From NCBI GenBank assembly GCA_963764725.1, contig CAVXTM010000018.1, positions 544,001 through 608,000 on the forward strand: a stretch of 64,000 nucleotides of DNA. Direction: 5' to 3'. The notes beneath the pieces are model-generated. The model made no database searches. It had not been told where the DNA came from and saw nothing but the letters and a program-made list of their open reading frames with translations. Position numbers and translations under genes: made by a program. The stretch comes from an uncultured Gammaproteobacteria bacterium (GTDB lineage Bacteria; Pseudomonadota; Gammaproteobacteria; JACCXJ01). Below are positions 31,032 through 42,021 of the stretch, in pieces; the stretch's first letter is position 1; the number at the start of each line of letters is the position of its first letter.

Positions 31032-33518
31032 ATGCGCAGACGCCTTCCCGTCGCTAGGCTCGGCGAGCTTCTCGCTTCCGAGCGCGGGCTGACGACGGCA
31101 GAGGCGGAAGAGCGTCAACGCATATACGGCCGGAACGACGTCGTCGAGACACCGTCCGCGAGCTGGCGAGGCGTTCTACGGGACACGGCGACGGACCCCA
31201 TGCTCTGGTTCTTGGTGGGAACCGGGGCGCTCTATTCCTTTCTCGAAGAATACGCAGAGGCCCTGGTCTTGCTCGCGGCGATCGTGCCTCTGATCGGGAT
31301 GGACGCCTTTCTGCACCGCCGGACGCAGGCTTCGACCCAGGGTTTGAGGAGCCGGCTCGCCGCCCGCGCGACCGTCGTTCGCGACGATAATGCCATCACG
31401 GTTGTAGCCGCCGAGCTCGTGCCGGGAGACCTCGTCGTCGCGACGCCCGGCGAGCCGTTCCCGGCCGACGGGATCGTCGTCGCCGGCGAGGGCCTGCAGG
31501 TCGATGAATCCGCCCTGACCGGGGAATCCTACCCGGTCCGCAAGCAAGCGCTGCGGCCCCTGTCCCTGACAAGCGGTGAGCCTGCCGTCGATGCGTGCCA
31601 CTGGGGATTCGCGGGCACGCGGCTCTTGACCGGCGAAGCCCGGCTGCGAATCGCGTATACCGGCGCCGAGACGATCTATGGCGAGATCGTCCAGAGCGCG
31701 CTGAGCGGGCGGCACACCCGTACCCCCTTGCAACGGGCGATCGCCCGTCTTGTCACCGCGCTTGTGGTGGTCGCCTCCGTGGTCTGCTTGCTGCTTGCCT
31801 GGATCCGCATGCGGCAAGGCCACGGCCTCGTGGATGCGCTATTGAGCGCCGTGACGCTGGCCGTCGCCGCGTTGCCCGAGGAATTCCCGGTGGTCTTTAC
31901 CTTCTACCTAGGGGTGGGGGTGTATCGTCTGGCAAGGCGTCAGGCGCTCGTGCGCCGGGCCGCGGTGGTCGAGAACATAGGACGCGTGTCCTGCATCTGC
32001 TCGGACAAGACCGGCACGATCACCGAAGGAAGGCTGCGTCTGACCCATTCTTACCCTGCACCTGTCTTGGACCGCGAACGGTTGCTGGCGATCGCGGCCT
32101 ACGCGTCTCGATTCGAAAGCGGAGACCCTCTCGACCTCGCTATCCTCGAGGCGGCAGCCCCTGCGACAGACCTGCTGGAACGGCTCGCGACCTTCCCTTT
32201 CACAGAGGATCGCGGATGCGAAACCGCCATCGTGCGTAGCAAGAACGGACAGCTCGTGGCCGCGGTTAAAGGCGTCCCCGAGAAACTTCTGTCGATGTCG
32301 TCTTTGACACCTGGCCAACACGACGCATGGGTAGGGCTCGTCGAGAAGCTCGCCGCGAGCGGCCATAAGGTCATCGCTTGCGCATGGCGGGACCTGGAGC
32401 CCAGTGCCCGAGTTGAGGAGGAACCGGATGGAGGGTTCATCTTCGCGGGGCTGCTCGCCTGCGAAGATCCGCCACGCGAGGGGGTGGCAGAGGCCGTCGC
32501 TGATTGTCGCAGAGCGGGCATCCGTATTTTTATGGTCACCGGTGATCATCCCGCGACGGCGCGCGCTATTGCGCGGGAGGTAGGTTTGGGGGGCCGCGCC
32601 CCTAAGGTCGTACGCGCCGACGACTTCTGCCGACAGCTCACGGCGGGTAGCGAGGCGCTGAAAGGCATCGACGTGATCGCTCGTGCCCTGCCCTCGCAAA
32701 AGCTGGCGCTCATTCGCGCCTTGCAGTCGCAGGGGGAGATCGTGGCGGTGACGGGGGACGGCGTCAACGATGTCCCCGCGCTGCAGGCCGCGGACGTCGG
32801 TATCGCGATGGGCGAGCGCGGCACGCGCAGCGCGCGCGAGGTATCGGCGATCGTGCTGCTCGACGACAATTTTCGCACGATCGTGCAGGCGATCGGAGAG
32901 GGGCGTCAGCTCTTTGCCAATCTGCGCCTGAGCTTCGCCTATCTCCTCATGATCCATATTCCGCTCGTGCTTACCGCGGCGCTCATCCCGTTCGCTGGTT
33001 TCCCGCTCCTGTACCTGCCTTTGCACATCGTGTGGCTTGAGCTCATCATCCACCCAACCGCCCTCCTCGTATTCCAGGGGCTGCCGGGTAGAGACCGGCT
33101 CTGGGCTATTCGGGAGCGACACCGCTTGCGTTTTTTCGGTCCTAAGGAATGGTGCATCATCGGAGCGGTCGGCGTGCTCCTCACCTTTATGGTGGCAGGA
33201 GGATATGAGCGCAGCCTCGGCATGGGGCGCGATGTCGAGCATGCACGGGCGATGGCGCTCGCCGTCCTCACGGTGGCGAGCGCGATGCTGACCGCAAGCC
33301 TGAGCCGACTGCAAAGCGCTACCGCGTGGCTTACGGTGGCGATAACGCTCGCGATCTCGATCCTTCTGGTCCAGACGCCAGCATTTGCGACGCGCTTGCA
33401 CCTCGTCCCGCTGCATCTCGACGATTGGGCCACTGCCATGCTCGGCGGCCTGCTTGCCGCTGCGCTACCCTTTTTCGCCTGGGATCGATCACCACGCAAG
33501 CGGTCGCCTTGTGATTAG
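31032..33518 (+). CDS. Cation-transporting P-type ATPase (type II-like)
   Basis: TGES, PEEFP, DKTGT, TGD, GDGVND. Confidence 0.95.
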   Translation: MRRRLPVARLGELLASERGLTTAEAEERQRIYGRNDVVETPSASWRGVLRDTATDPMLWFLVGTGALYSFLEEYAEALVLLAAIVPLIGMDAFLHRRTQASTQGLRSRLAARATVVRDDNAITVVAAELVPGDLVVATPGEPFPADGIVVAGEGLQVDESALTGESYPVRKQALRPLSLTSGEPAVDACHWGFAGTRLLTGEARLRIAYTGAETIYGEIVQSALSGRHTRTPLQRAIARLVTALVVVASVVCLLLAWIRMRQGHGLVDALLSAVTLAVAALPEEFPVVFTFYLGVGVYRLARRQALVRRAAVVENIGRVSCICSDKTGTITEGRLRLTHSYPAPVLDRERLLAIAAYASRFESGDPLDLAILEAAAPATDLLERLATFPFTEDRGCETAIVRSKNGQLVAAVKGVPEKLLSMSSLTPGQHDAWVGLVEKLAASGHKVIACAWRDLEPSARVEEEPDGGFIFAGLLACEDPPREGVAEAVADCRRAGIRIFMVTGDHPATARAIAREVGLGGRAPKVVRADDFCRQLTAGSEALKGIDVIARALPSQKLALIRALQSQGEIVAVTGDGVNDVPALQAADVGIAMGERGTRSAREVSAIVLLDDNFRTIVQAIGEGRQLFANLRLSFAYLLMIHIPLVLTAALIPFAGFPLLYLPLHIVWLELIIHPTALLVFQGLPGRDRLWAIRERHRLRFFGPKEWCIIGAVGVLLTFMVAGGYERSLGMGRDVEHARAMALAVLTVASAMLTASLSRLQSATAWLTVAITLAISILLVQTPAFATRLHLVPLHLDDWATAMLGGLLAAALPFFAWDRSPRKRSPCD

Positions 33519-34171
33519 AGAGGTTGCCGGGGGCCTCGGGTGGATCTTCCTCTATGAAGGACAGCGAAGATTCAGCATAACACCTTGAATGTTTGAGCAC
33601 TAATCGCGGGTTGACGGAAACGGTTTACTGCCTAGGCCGCACGATTGAGAAGGAGATCCCGCGACGTGAGCCAGGATTAATTTAGAACGCATCGCGGCAC
33701 TGCGTTGGCGGCCTAGACCGAGCAGCAAAGCTGTAAGGGCTCCAGCGTTTTGAAATCAACTCATGCACGGGATGATCTGCGACGACTTCCATCGACATGT
33801 TTCCTTCCCCTTCCCCTGTTTATAGTTCAATCTGAGGCCGCGGCCATAAGGACCGCGCCAGACGGCGAAGCGGTTGGTGTCGGCTGCAGCAAGCGCTAGC
33901 TCCGCGGGCCGCGCGCACAATACTCCGGTTACGCGCCGTCTTCAAACCAAATACTTCCCCCCGCGTCGATATCGGGGATCAGCCTCAGATCGTCTGGAGT
34001 GGTGTCTGGCCGCCCCTCCGGCACGTTCGCCACGATGATGCCGATGAACGGCTTACGCGGCCCGAATGGTGAAACGGAGAAACCTAACGGTAATGGCCAG
34101 AAGACCCGAAGAACCAGCAAGCGGCCGCCGGAGTCTCTGAGGCCCCAGGCTCATACCAGCAGCTTCACCCC

Positions 34172-34957
34172 CTAAATGTCCTTCCAGAACCTAAAATCGT
34201 TGGTCTCGATGTCGTGCAACGTCGGCATAGGAAAGTAACGGTACTTGTCCTGGCTCGTGAACATGAACCCATGCCGGATCATCTTGAACGAAATCTGATC
34301 CAACGGGCAGAACAACGCCAACCCCTTTGTCTTCTGCTCGGGCTTGCTCTTCATGTGCAGGATCGCGTCGCGCAGCTTTGAAGGATGCAGGAACGGGAAT
34401 GGCGCCTGTCTGAAGGGATTCTTCTCGAAGTTGTCGATGAACTCATCCACGTTGAGATCGATCTGGGTGTAGAACAGCTTGGGGCAGCCCTTGGGATTGC
34501 CGGGCTGGGTGATGAACTTGCCGAACTCGACCATGTCGTAGGGACTCATGACGAGCATGGACAGGGGCGCGATCTCGGCGAAGGTTCGCAGGAAGCCGGT
34601 ATGGAGGACCTTGTCGTATTCCTTGGGTTTGATCTCGAGGACATGGGCTTCCGCGGTCGAGAGATAGAGGGCCTTGATGCAGTCGAAATCCATATGCTCC
34701 GTCACGCGGTAGGAGCAGATGAACTTGGTATGCTTGGGCGTGCCGTCCTCGTGGGGAATCAGGCGCTCCAGGCTGCCGTCGATGTCAAAATAGGGATGGC
34801 GGAAATTGATGTCGATATCGGCAAACACCAGCTTACCCGAATAATGCCGGATAGAGCCGATCAGGTAGTGGCGCGCGAAGGCCTCCGGCGCCAATTGGGA
34901 GGCGACGAGGGCCTCGTTGGGATATAGGATCTGGTAGAGCCGGTTTTCGTATTGCAT
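34172..34957 (-). CDS. Conserved hypothetical protein
   Basis: Intact 261-aa ORF with strong GC3 bias, directly after hppA stop. Confidence 0.8.
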   Translation of the reverse strand: MQYENRLYQILYPNEALVASQLAPEAFARHYLIGSIRHYSGKLVFADIDINFRHPYFDIDGSLERLIPHEDGTPKHTKFICSYRVTEHMDFDCIKALYLSTAEAHVLEIKPKEYDKVLHTGFLRTFAEIAPLSMLVMSPYDMVEFGKFITQPGNPKGCPKLFYTQIDLNVDEFIDNFEKNPFRQAPFPFLHPSKLRDAILHMKSKPEQKTKGLALFCPLDQISFKMIRHGFMFTSQDKYRYFPMPTLHDIETNDFRFWKDI

Positions 34958-34959
34958 GA

Positions 34960-35190
34960 TCAGAGACCCCAGAAGAGTTTCAGCGTGGGGGCGATGACCA
35001 CCGACATAACGCCCATCAGCTTGATCAGGATGTTCAAGGAAGGCCCGGCGGTGTCCTTGAAGAGATCGCCCACCGTGTCTCCGACAACCGCGGCCTTGTG
35101 GGCGTCCGAGCCCTTACCCCGCCGACTCCGCTTTCGATGGTCTTCTTAGCGTTGTCCCAGGCACCGCCGGTGTTGCTCATGAATATAGCG
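34960..35190 (-). pseudogene. hppA: Membrane H+/Na+ pyrophosphatase C-terminal fragment
   Basis: [38 protein letters not shown]. Confidence 0.9.
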
Positions 35191-35267
35191 AATGCCACGC
35201 CGGACGGAGAATACGAATTTTAATAGCCCTCCTCGGGAGCGAAAGATACGACTGAACCTGTCAGGTG

Positions 35268-35640
35268 TCAAACACGTGTATTCGGCCAATACATTCTGCA
35301 CTGTGTATGTGGAAGAGATGATGCCACAACCGATGCGGGAGTGTTCAGTCCCAGGGCATGATGAGGGCGTTGGGTGTTGTACCAGAGCAGCCAGTCAAAG
35401 AGTTTGTCGTTGAATGCCTTGAGATCGGTGAACAGGAGCTCTTCGTGGTAGTCGAGAAACTCATCTTGCAGCGTGCGATTGAAGCGCTCACAGCGCGCGT
35501 TCATTTTGGGTGTTCTCGGGAACGTATGCCATTGGGGGATCCCTGCGGCGTGGGCGGCCTTGGCGAACTGTCCGGCGAACTACGAGCCGTTATCATGAAG
35601 TGCGTGCTCGATACGCATCGGCAACACCGCAATGGTCTTG
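35268..35640 (-). mobile_element. IS481-family transposase C-terminal remnant
   Basis: NARCERFNRTLQDEF, YNTQRPHHALG. Confidence 0.8.
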
Positions 35641-35756
35641 CTCATGTGGCGGCCAGGTACAAAGCCGCCCTGCGCATCTTCGCCGAGACTTGCAGTTCCT
35701 TTCCGACGGCTACGCTGAGCCTGTGTGCCCGCCAAACCAGCGGTCGTCGTCAACGG

Positions 35757-36896
35757 CTAGGCTGATGCCAGCTCACGGCGAAACCCCACTGACTCAGCAA
35801 CTCGGCTCATGGGAAGGGCGGCGCTCCAGACTGTAGACGGGAGCGGCAATTGTGCCGTCGTGGCGCCGTCTGCAGACAAGAGGCGAGCGTAGGCCTCCTC
35901 GTACGCGTCCGTCATGGCCTCGGCGGAGAAATAGCGTTCCACCCTGAAGCGACAGTCTGCGCGGTTCAGGCGAGCGACGTCCTGAACGGCCCTCACCATC
36001 TCATCCACATTGTCGCAAACGAACCCCGTCAAGCCGTGCTCGATGACCTCGGGAACTGACCCAGCGCGCAATGCTATGACGGGCGTCCCGGTCGCCATTG
36101 CTTCGACCATGGTCAACCCGAAGGGCTCCGGCCAATCTATGGGAAACAGGTAGGCGTAGGCGTGTCCGAGCAGTTCATCCTTCTGCTTCTCATCTACTTC
36201 ACCGACGTATTCGACCCAGGGCGAGCGACGAATCAGCGGCTCGATTTCCGTCATGTAGTAGTCGCGGTCAACCGGGTCGACCTTCGCGGCGATAACGAGT
36301 CTCATTCCGGCGCGGCCAGCGACCTCGATTGCTCGGTCTGGGCGCTTCTCCGGGTTAATTCGTCCGAGGAAGACGAGGTAGTCTCCAGGCCGCTCACGGA
36401 ACCGGAAGTGATCCAGCGCGATGCCGTTATAGACGGTGGAAAGCCAGTGAGCGACGGGAAAATAGGCCTGCTGAGCCGCGCTGATCGAGATGAGCGGCTG
36501 TTCGGGGAAACGCGTGTAGGTGGCGCGAATCTCGGCCAAGTCCAGGCGCCCATGAGTCGTAGAAAGGGTCGGGGTGGACGAAATGCGGGCAAACGGAAAG
36601 GCGAGCCAGTCGACGTGGTTGTGGATGAGATCGAAATCATCGGCCTTCTCATAGACCTGGGCCAGCTCGAGCAGTACCGATGCCGTCGGCAGGAGGTCAT
36701 CTCCATGAAGTCGCAACGATTTCGGAGTGCAGGCCACAAGCTCAGCGCTGGTCTGTGAGTCGCCGCTCGCGAAGAGAGTCACCAGGTGACCTCTCTTAAC
36801 CAGCTCCTCCGTCAAGACTGAGACAACTCGTTCCGTGCCGCCGTAGCGCTGCGGCGGAACCGCCTCGACCAATGGTGCAATCATCGCAATCTTCAT
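35757..36896 (-). CDS. GT4 glycosyltransferase
   Basis: VPPQRYGGTERV, LGRINPEK, EPFGLTMVEAMATGTPV. Confidence 0.95.
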   Translation of the reverse strand: MKIAMIAPLVEAVPPQRYGGTERVVSVLTEELVKRGHLVTLFASGDSQTSAELVACTPKSLRLHGDDLLPTASVLLELAQVYEKADDFDLIHNHVDWLAFPFARISSTPTLSTTHGRLDLAEIRATYTRFPEQPLISISAAQQAYFPVAHWLSTVYNGIALDHFRFRERPGDYLVFLGRINPEKRPDRAIEVAGRAGMRLVIAAKVDPVDRDYYMTEIEPLIRRSPWVEYVGEVDEKQKDELLGHAYAYLFPIDWPEPFGLTMVEAMATGTPVIALRAGSVPEVIEHGLTGFVCDNVDEMVRAVQDVARLNRADCRFRVERYFSAEAMTDAYEEAYARLLSADGATTAQLPLPSTVWSAALPMSRVAESVGFRRELASA

Positions 36897-37110
36897 TAAC
36901 CTCTCTGCCTCCCTGCGCCTCTAACGCGCACTCTACGAACCGAATTTTGCTGGACCACACAGTCCTCGTCAGGTCTCTTCTCGAGTGGTGCAAGGCTGGA
37001 TTGCCAATTGTGTGATAAGCCCAAACCCAACGACCGAAATTCAATTCTCGGCGTTCCCCGCCCGGAATTGGGCAGGGAACACCCTAAGCTCGCCTACCCT
37101 CGAACCCAAA

Positions 37111-37764
37111 TCATGCCTCGACGCGAATATTATCGACAACCTTTATGACGCCAGGAGCCGACCACGCCGCCTCTTCAACTGCGTCGCGCTCGTACCACGT
37201 ATGTACTCGCCCGGATAGCGTAACTGTGGTGTCGCTTGACGTGACCTCGATGTGGGATGCTTCGAGTTCGGCGTTGCGTTTCAGTGCCTGCTCTATCTTC
37301 TGTTTCACTTCGAACGGCTTGACGCTGGGCTTGATCGCGATGTTGTTAAGCACCGAGCGGACACCCAGGATCGCGCGGGCGTTCCGTTCGGCCAGATCCT
37401 TCTGATATTGCCAGTCAACGTCGCCGTATACGGCCACCTGTCCCTTCTCGACTTCGACCTTGAGACGGTCAAACGGCAGCCCCGCAGTCCATCGAAAGGT
37501 ATTCAGAATGCTCGCTGCAATATCTGCGTCTGACCGTTCAGCCGATGACGGAAGCTTGACCTCAACCTCCTGAACAATTGCGTGCACGCCCTTCACCCGC
37601 CGCGTTGCCACCTCGGCAGCATGCTTCTCCATAAAACTGCTTACGTGCCCGCTGAGAGTCACAATGCCATTCTCAACTGCGACGCCGATGTGCGCGGCTT
37701 TTACGCTTGGTGCCCACTCGAGTTCGGCAAGGACATCTTTCTGGAGCTGCTTGTCGTCTTTCAT
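37111..37764 (-). CDS. Triple BON-domain (OsmY-like) protein
   Basis: Three BON repeats (VTLSGHV, GDVDWQYQK, WSAPGV). Confidence 0.93.
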   Translation of the reverse strand: MKDDKQLQKDVLAELEWAPSVKAAHIGVAVENGIVTLSGHVSSFMEKHAAEVATRRVKGVHAIVQEVEVKLPSSAERSDADIAASILNTFRWTAGLPFDRLKVEVEKGQVAVYGDVDWQYQKDLAERNARAILGVRSVLNNIAIKPSVKPFEVKQKIEQALKRNAELEASHIEVTSSDTTVTLSGRVHTWYERDAVEEAAWSAPGVIKVVDNIRVEA

Positions 37765-37819
37765 AAAAACCTCCTAATTATCAATTCGCAAAGAATGGCA
37801 CTCGGGGCGGTACGACATA

Positions 37820-37833
37820 TTGATCTAGATCAA
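37820..37833. promoter_or_regulatory. Perfect FNR/FixK/Anr box
   Basis: TTGATCTAGATCAA, 56 bp upstream of the BON start. Confidence 0.8.
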
Positions 37834-38059
37834 ACAACAAGCGCATGACTGTGTGGAAGCACACGCATGCACCTCTAACTCGTGTAGAGTGCAAGAAGTC
37901 TCCGATGCGCCTCTTGCCCGGGTTCAAATCCTTGTTGCTCTGCCGCAAAATAGGCCGCCCCAGCTCGCACCGTACGCGTATGACTAAGGGGCACACAAAA
38001 ATCAGACCGCCGGCCCTAATCGAAGTTTGACGCATCGCCCCTGCGCCGCTCATGCGAAC

Positions 38060-41000
38060 TCATTTTCCGGAAGTACCGAGCTTGAAAACACGCGTGCTGC
38101 CGCCGGCGAATTCGTGCACCTCGTCGCTCAATCCCAGACGGATTGGCGCGGCCGCGCGTTCGCGTCCGCGCACCGTGAGCGTGTCGCGCGTGAGCCGCAG
38201 CTCGAGAGAGTGCCCGCGATAGCGGATGCGCATGTCGAGGCGCTTCATCTCCTCCGGCAATTGCGGATTGAGCCGCAGGACATCCCCGGTTACTTCGATA
38301 CCCGTCGATACCCGCTTCACCAGATCGACCGTTCCCGCCATTGCGCCGAGATGCACGCCCTCGGCAGTGGTGCCCTGCTGAATGTCGCTCACATCGCTTT
38401 GCAGCGCCTCGGCGAAGAATTTCATCGAGCGCGGCCGATCCGAGCGTGCCAATACCCACGCATGTACCACACGTGACAGCGTGGATCCGTGCGACGAGCG
38501 GCCGTCGTAGTAGGCAACGTTCCGCGAAATGGTCTCGGGTTCGAATGGATATTCCAGATGCTTGAACAATTCGCCGAGCTCCTCGGCGGAAAACAGATAG
38601 AACAGCATCAGCACGTCGGCCTGCTTCGTCAGCTTGTAGCGGTTCGCGCTATCGTTCTCCGCTTCGAGTATGAGGTCCAGGCGCTGGATGTTGCCGTAGC
38701 GCATCCGGTAATCCTCCCAATTCAGCTCGGCGAGCTTCTCGAAGCCCTCGAACTGGCTGATGATCCCGTCGCAATGAAACGGCACGAACATTCTGCGGCT
38801 GATATCGTCCCAGCGCGCGGTCTCTTCCGCCGACAATCGAAGCCGCGTCATGAGGTCGGCGCGGCGTATATCGGGGAGCACGTCCAGCACCTCCAGCGCC
38901 CGGCGCAGCACCCAAACGGCCATGATGTTGGTGTAGGCGTTGTTATCGAGGCCGGGCGCCGGTGCATCGGGATAGCGCTCGTGAAACTCGTCGGGGCCCA
39001 TCACTCCGCGGATCTCGTAGCGCCCCCGTTCGTCATTGAAGCTAGCGATGCTCGACCAGAAGCGGGCGATATCGAGGATCAGCTCGGCACCGTAGAACTG
39101 CATGAATTCGACGTCGTTGGTGACCTGGAAGTATTGCCAAACGTTGTAGGCGACGGCGCTGCCTACGTGACGCTGCAGGTAAGAATTGTCGGGCACCCAG
39201 CGCTGCGAGCGATCGTTCAGGTTGAGCTCCTGCGTTTCCTCCTGTCCATCACTGCCGCTTTGCCACGGAAACATGGCGCCCTGGAACCCGGCGCTGCGTG
39301 CTGCGGCGCGCGCCTCGCCGAGGCGCCGGTAGCGATACATGAGCAGCGACCGGGTGATCTCGGGCATCCGATAATTGAGAAACGGAAAGATGAAAAGCTC
39401 ATCCCAGAAGATATGGCCCTGGTAGGCCTCCCCGGTCCAACCGCGCGCGGGCACGCCGATATCGAGCCCGATCGAATTGGGCGATACCGCCTGCAGCAGA
39501 TGAAACATGTTTAACCGGAGCAGCATGGGCACATTCAGCTCGAATCCGGGACCTGCAGGCTGCATGTGCACGTCGAAGCGGCGCCACAGGTGCTTCCAGG
39601 CAAGGACATGTTCCGCCATCACGGCTTCGAAGGATCGTACGCTCGCGATCGCCTTGCGCGCCGCGAGCCCGCATTCGGAGATTGCGCGATCGCGCGAGGT
39701 ATGGAAAGAGGCTACTCTTCTCCAGCACCAGCGTTTCGCCTTGCGCGAGCTCGACGCCGAGCTCCTGCCCGATGTATCCCGGTTCGTCGATAATCCGGCG
39801 CGAAGTCTCGCGCAACTCGCCTTTGACGAACACTTGCGTTCGCGCCGCTTGCGCGACATGAACATTCGATTGGCAGGTGCGCACCAGCAGATACACGCCG
39901 TCCTCGCCGACCGCCTCGCCCGCAAGCGGCACCAGGTGCTCATTGTTGAATTTCCGATAGAGCTTCGCGCCCGCGTTGACGATGCGCCCATCGATTGCCG
40001 AGCGGACCGTGACGGGTGCGGACCAGTTTTCGGCGCTCAGCGTCAATTCCAGCGCGCAAAGGTGCATGTCGGCCATCGAGACCAGCCGCCGCTCCCGGAG
40101 CGTACTACGCCGCCCCTTGCCGTCTTCGAATCCGACCATCCGCAACAGCAGGCCGCGGCGCAGATCGAGCTCCTGGCGGTAGGACAGGATCCTGACCGCA
40201 CGTTCATCGAACCAGTCCTCGTCCGCGATGCGAAACGCGAGCGCGAGCCAGTTCGGAAAGTTCACGAGGTCTTCGTTCTCAACCATCCGGCCGGCAATAT
40301 CGGTGCGCAGCCGGTTGTAACCACCGGCTAGGTAGGTGCCGGGATAGTGGATGTCGTCGGCCCGCGCCCAGGCGGCTGCCCCGCGCGTTTCGAAATAACC
40401 GTTTCCGAGCGCGCAGAGCGCTTCGCGCATGCCTTCGCGCGCGCAGTCGAAGTTCTCGTACACCAATGACCATGCGGACGGCGGCTCCGCTGCCAAGCGG
40501 ACCTGCGCGAGGCTGGTCACCACCACATCGGCGCCGGCCTCGCGCAAGGCCTGCGATTGACCGCCGCGATCGACACCGATGACGCAGCCAAACCGGCCCG
40601 CGCGTCCTGCTTCGACACCGGCGATCGCGTCCTCCACGACCACCGCGCGCGACGGCTCTGCATTGACGCGCCGCGCACCCTCGAGGAACGCATCCGGCGC
40701 AGGCTTTCCCTCAAGACCCAGGCGGGTGATGTCCTTGCCGTCCACACGCGCGTCGAACAGATGGGAAATGCCGGCCGCCTCGAGCACCGCTGCGCAGTTG
40801 TTGCTGGAGGACACGACCGCAGTCCGGATCTCCTGCTCCTTGAGCGTACGGACCAGCGCGATCGAAGCTTCATAAGGCTCGATGCCATGCTGCTCAAGGT
40901 GTTGCCGGAAATACCCGTCCTTTAGCTTGCCCAGCGCATGCACACTCTGCGCGTCCGGACCGTCTTCAGGTGTGCCGAGCGGCAATGCAATCCCGCGCGC

Positions 41001-41250
41001 TTCGAGGAAGGCTGCCACGCCATCGTAGCGAGGCTTGCCGTCGAACATAGCGCCGGTAGTCAACATCGATGTCGAAGGGGATGAACGGTTCGCCGGTGTC
41101 GCTCGCGCGCTGCTCGAGGAAAGCGTCGAAGAGCTTCTTCCAGGCGGCCGCATGCACGCTCGCGGTTTTGGTCAATACGCCGTCGAGGTCGAACAACACT
41201 GCGTCGTAATCCCGCGGCGAGAGCGTGACGACCGCGCCTGTGCCGCTCAT
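38060..41250 (-). CDS. Beta-phosphoglucomutase-like HAD fused to GH65; two frameshifts (near 41045 and 39720)
   Basis: [20 protein letters not shown]; [31 protein letters not shown]. Confidence 0.88.
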
Positions 41251-41669
41251 GGCCGACCGGTAGCCTGCTCTGCGCCGATCAGGTGCATCTTTCGCAACGT
41301 TAGCTCGCCGAATGGCAGCATGCGACATGCCTCAAATGGGATGATCGGAAAAATGCGAGGGCTGCACAGCCTTACCATAACATCTACCCTCCTGATCGTC
41401 AGCGATCCGAGGGTATAAATTCTTTCACCGTGGACTTCTTTGCATTTAGCAAAGAAGTTTCGTCTGCCATTTGGTTGCGGCCGGAGGGCGCGCTAGGAAA
41501 AATAAGAGCCCTTTTTCGCCGACAAGAAAAGTACTGCTGGGCTAGGGAGGTGTCAAAGAGGCAAGTCCTCGGTGTCTTTCCCGAATATCCGTATCCAGAC
41601 GAGCAATCGATCGTTAAATACATCGTGAAGGGCAAAGTAAACAAGCTGTTTTTCGACGGATCTGGCCTC

Positions 41670-42010
41670 CGAAGAGAATGCAGTGTGTTTTATCGAAGCC
41701 TTTGTCGAGCGGTTGCCATTAGGCACAGTCGGATTGATTCGCGGGGGCTGGCAGCGACGGAGCGTCCCGGTTATCATCCGGGGATGCTACTGAAGCGGTA
41801 CATCTATGGATATCTCAATCGGGTGTGTTCCAGTCGACTATTGGAGCGAGAGAGTTACTGAAACGGCTGGCCCCCGACTTTAAGACCATTGCGGAGTTCC
41901 GGTGGGCGAATAGCACTGCGATCGTGGGAGCACGTCGGGGGTTCATGCTGTTGTGTCGTGAGCTTGACCCATTTGGCGGTGAGTTAGCCGTCATTGACGG
42001 CAGCAAGTAA
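41670..42010 (+). mobile_element. IS1182-family transposase remnant
   Basis: RPGYHP, YIYGYLN, SSRLLERE, PDFKTIAEFR, IDGSK. Confidence 0.8.
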
Positions 42011-42021
42011 TAAGGCACGGA

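Noticed and set aside
31908-33416. Long antisense or alternate-frame ORFs (also 3254-4567, 13636-14841, 16145-17665, 19458-20480)
   Set aside because: Shadow ORFs of high-GC genes with no recognisable motifs.
33706-33718. 13-bp match TGGCGGCCTAGAC shared with 1212-1224
   Set aside because: Short enough to arise by chance in 64 kb; no shared context.
36915-36960. Possible attC half-site (TCTAAC) upstream of GT4
   Set aside because: No complementary arm; it abuts an IS-like end.
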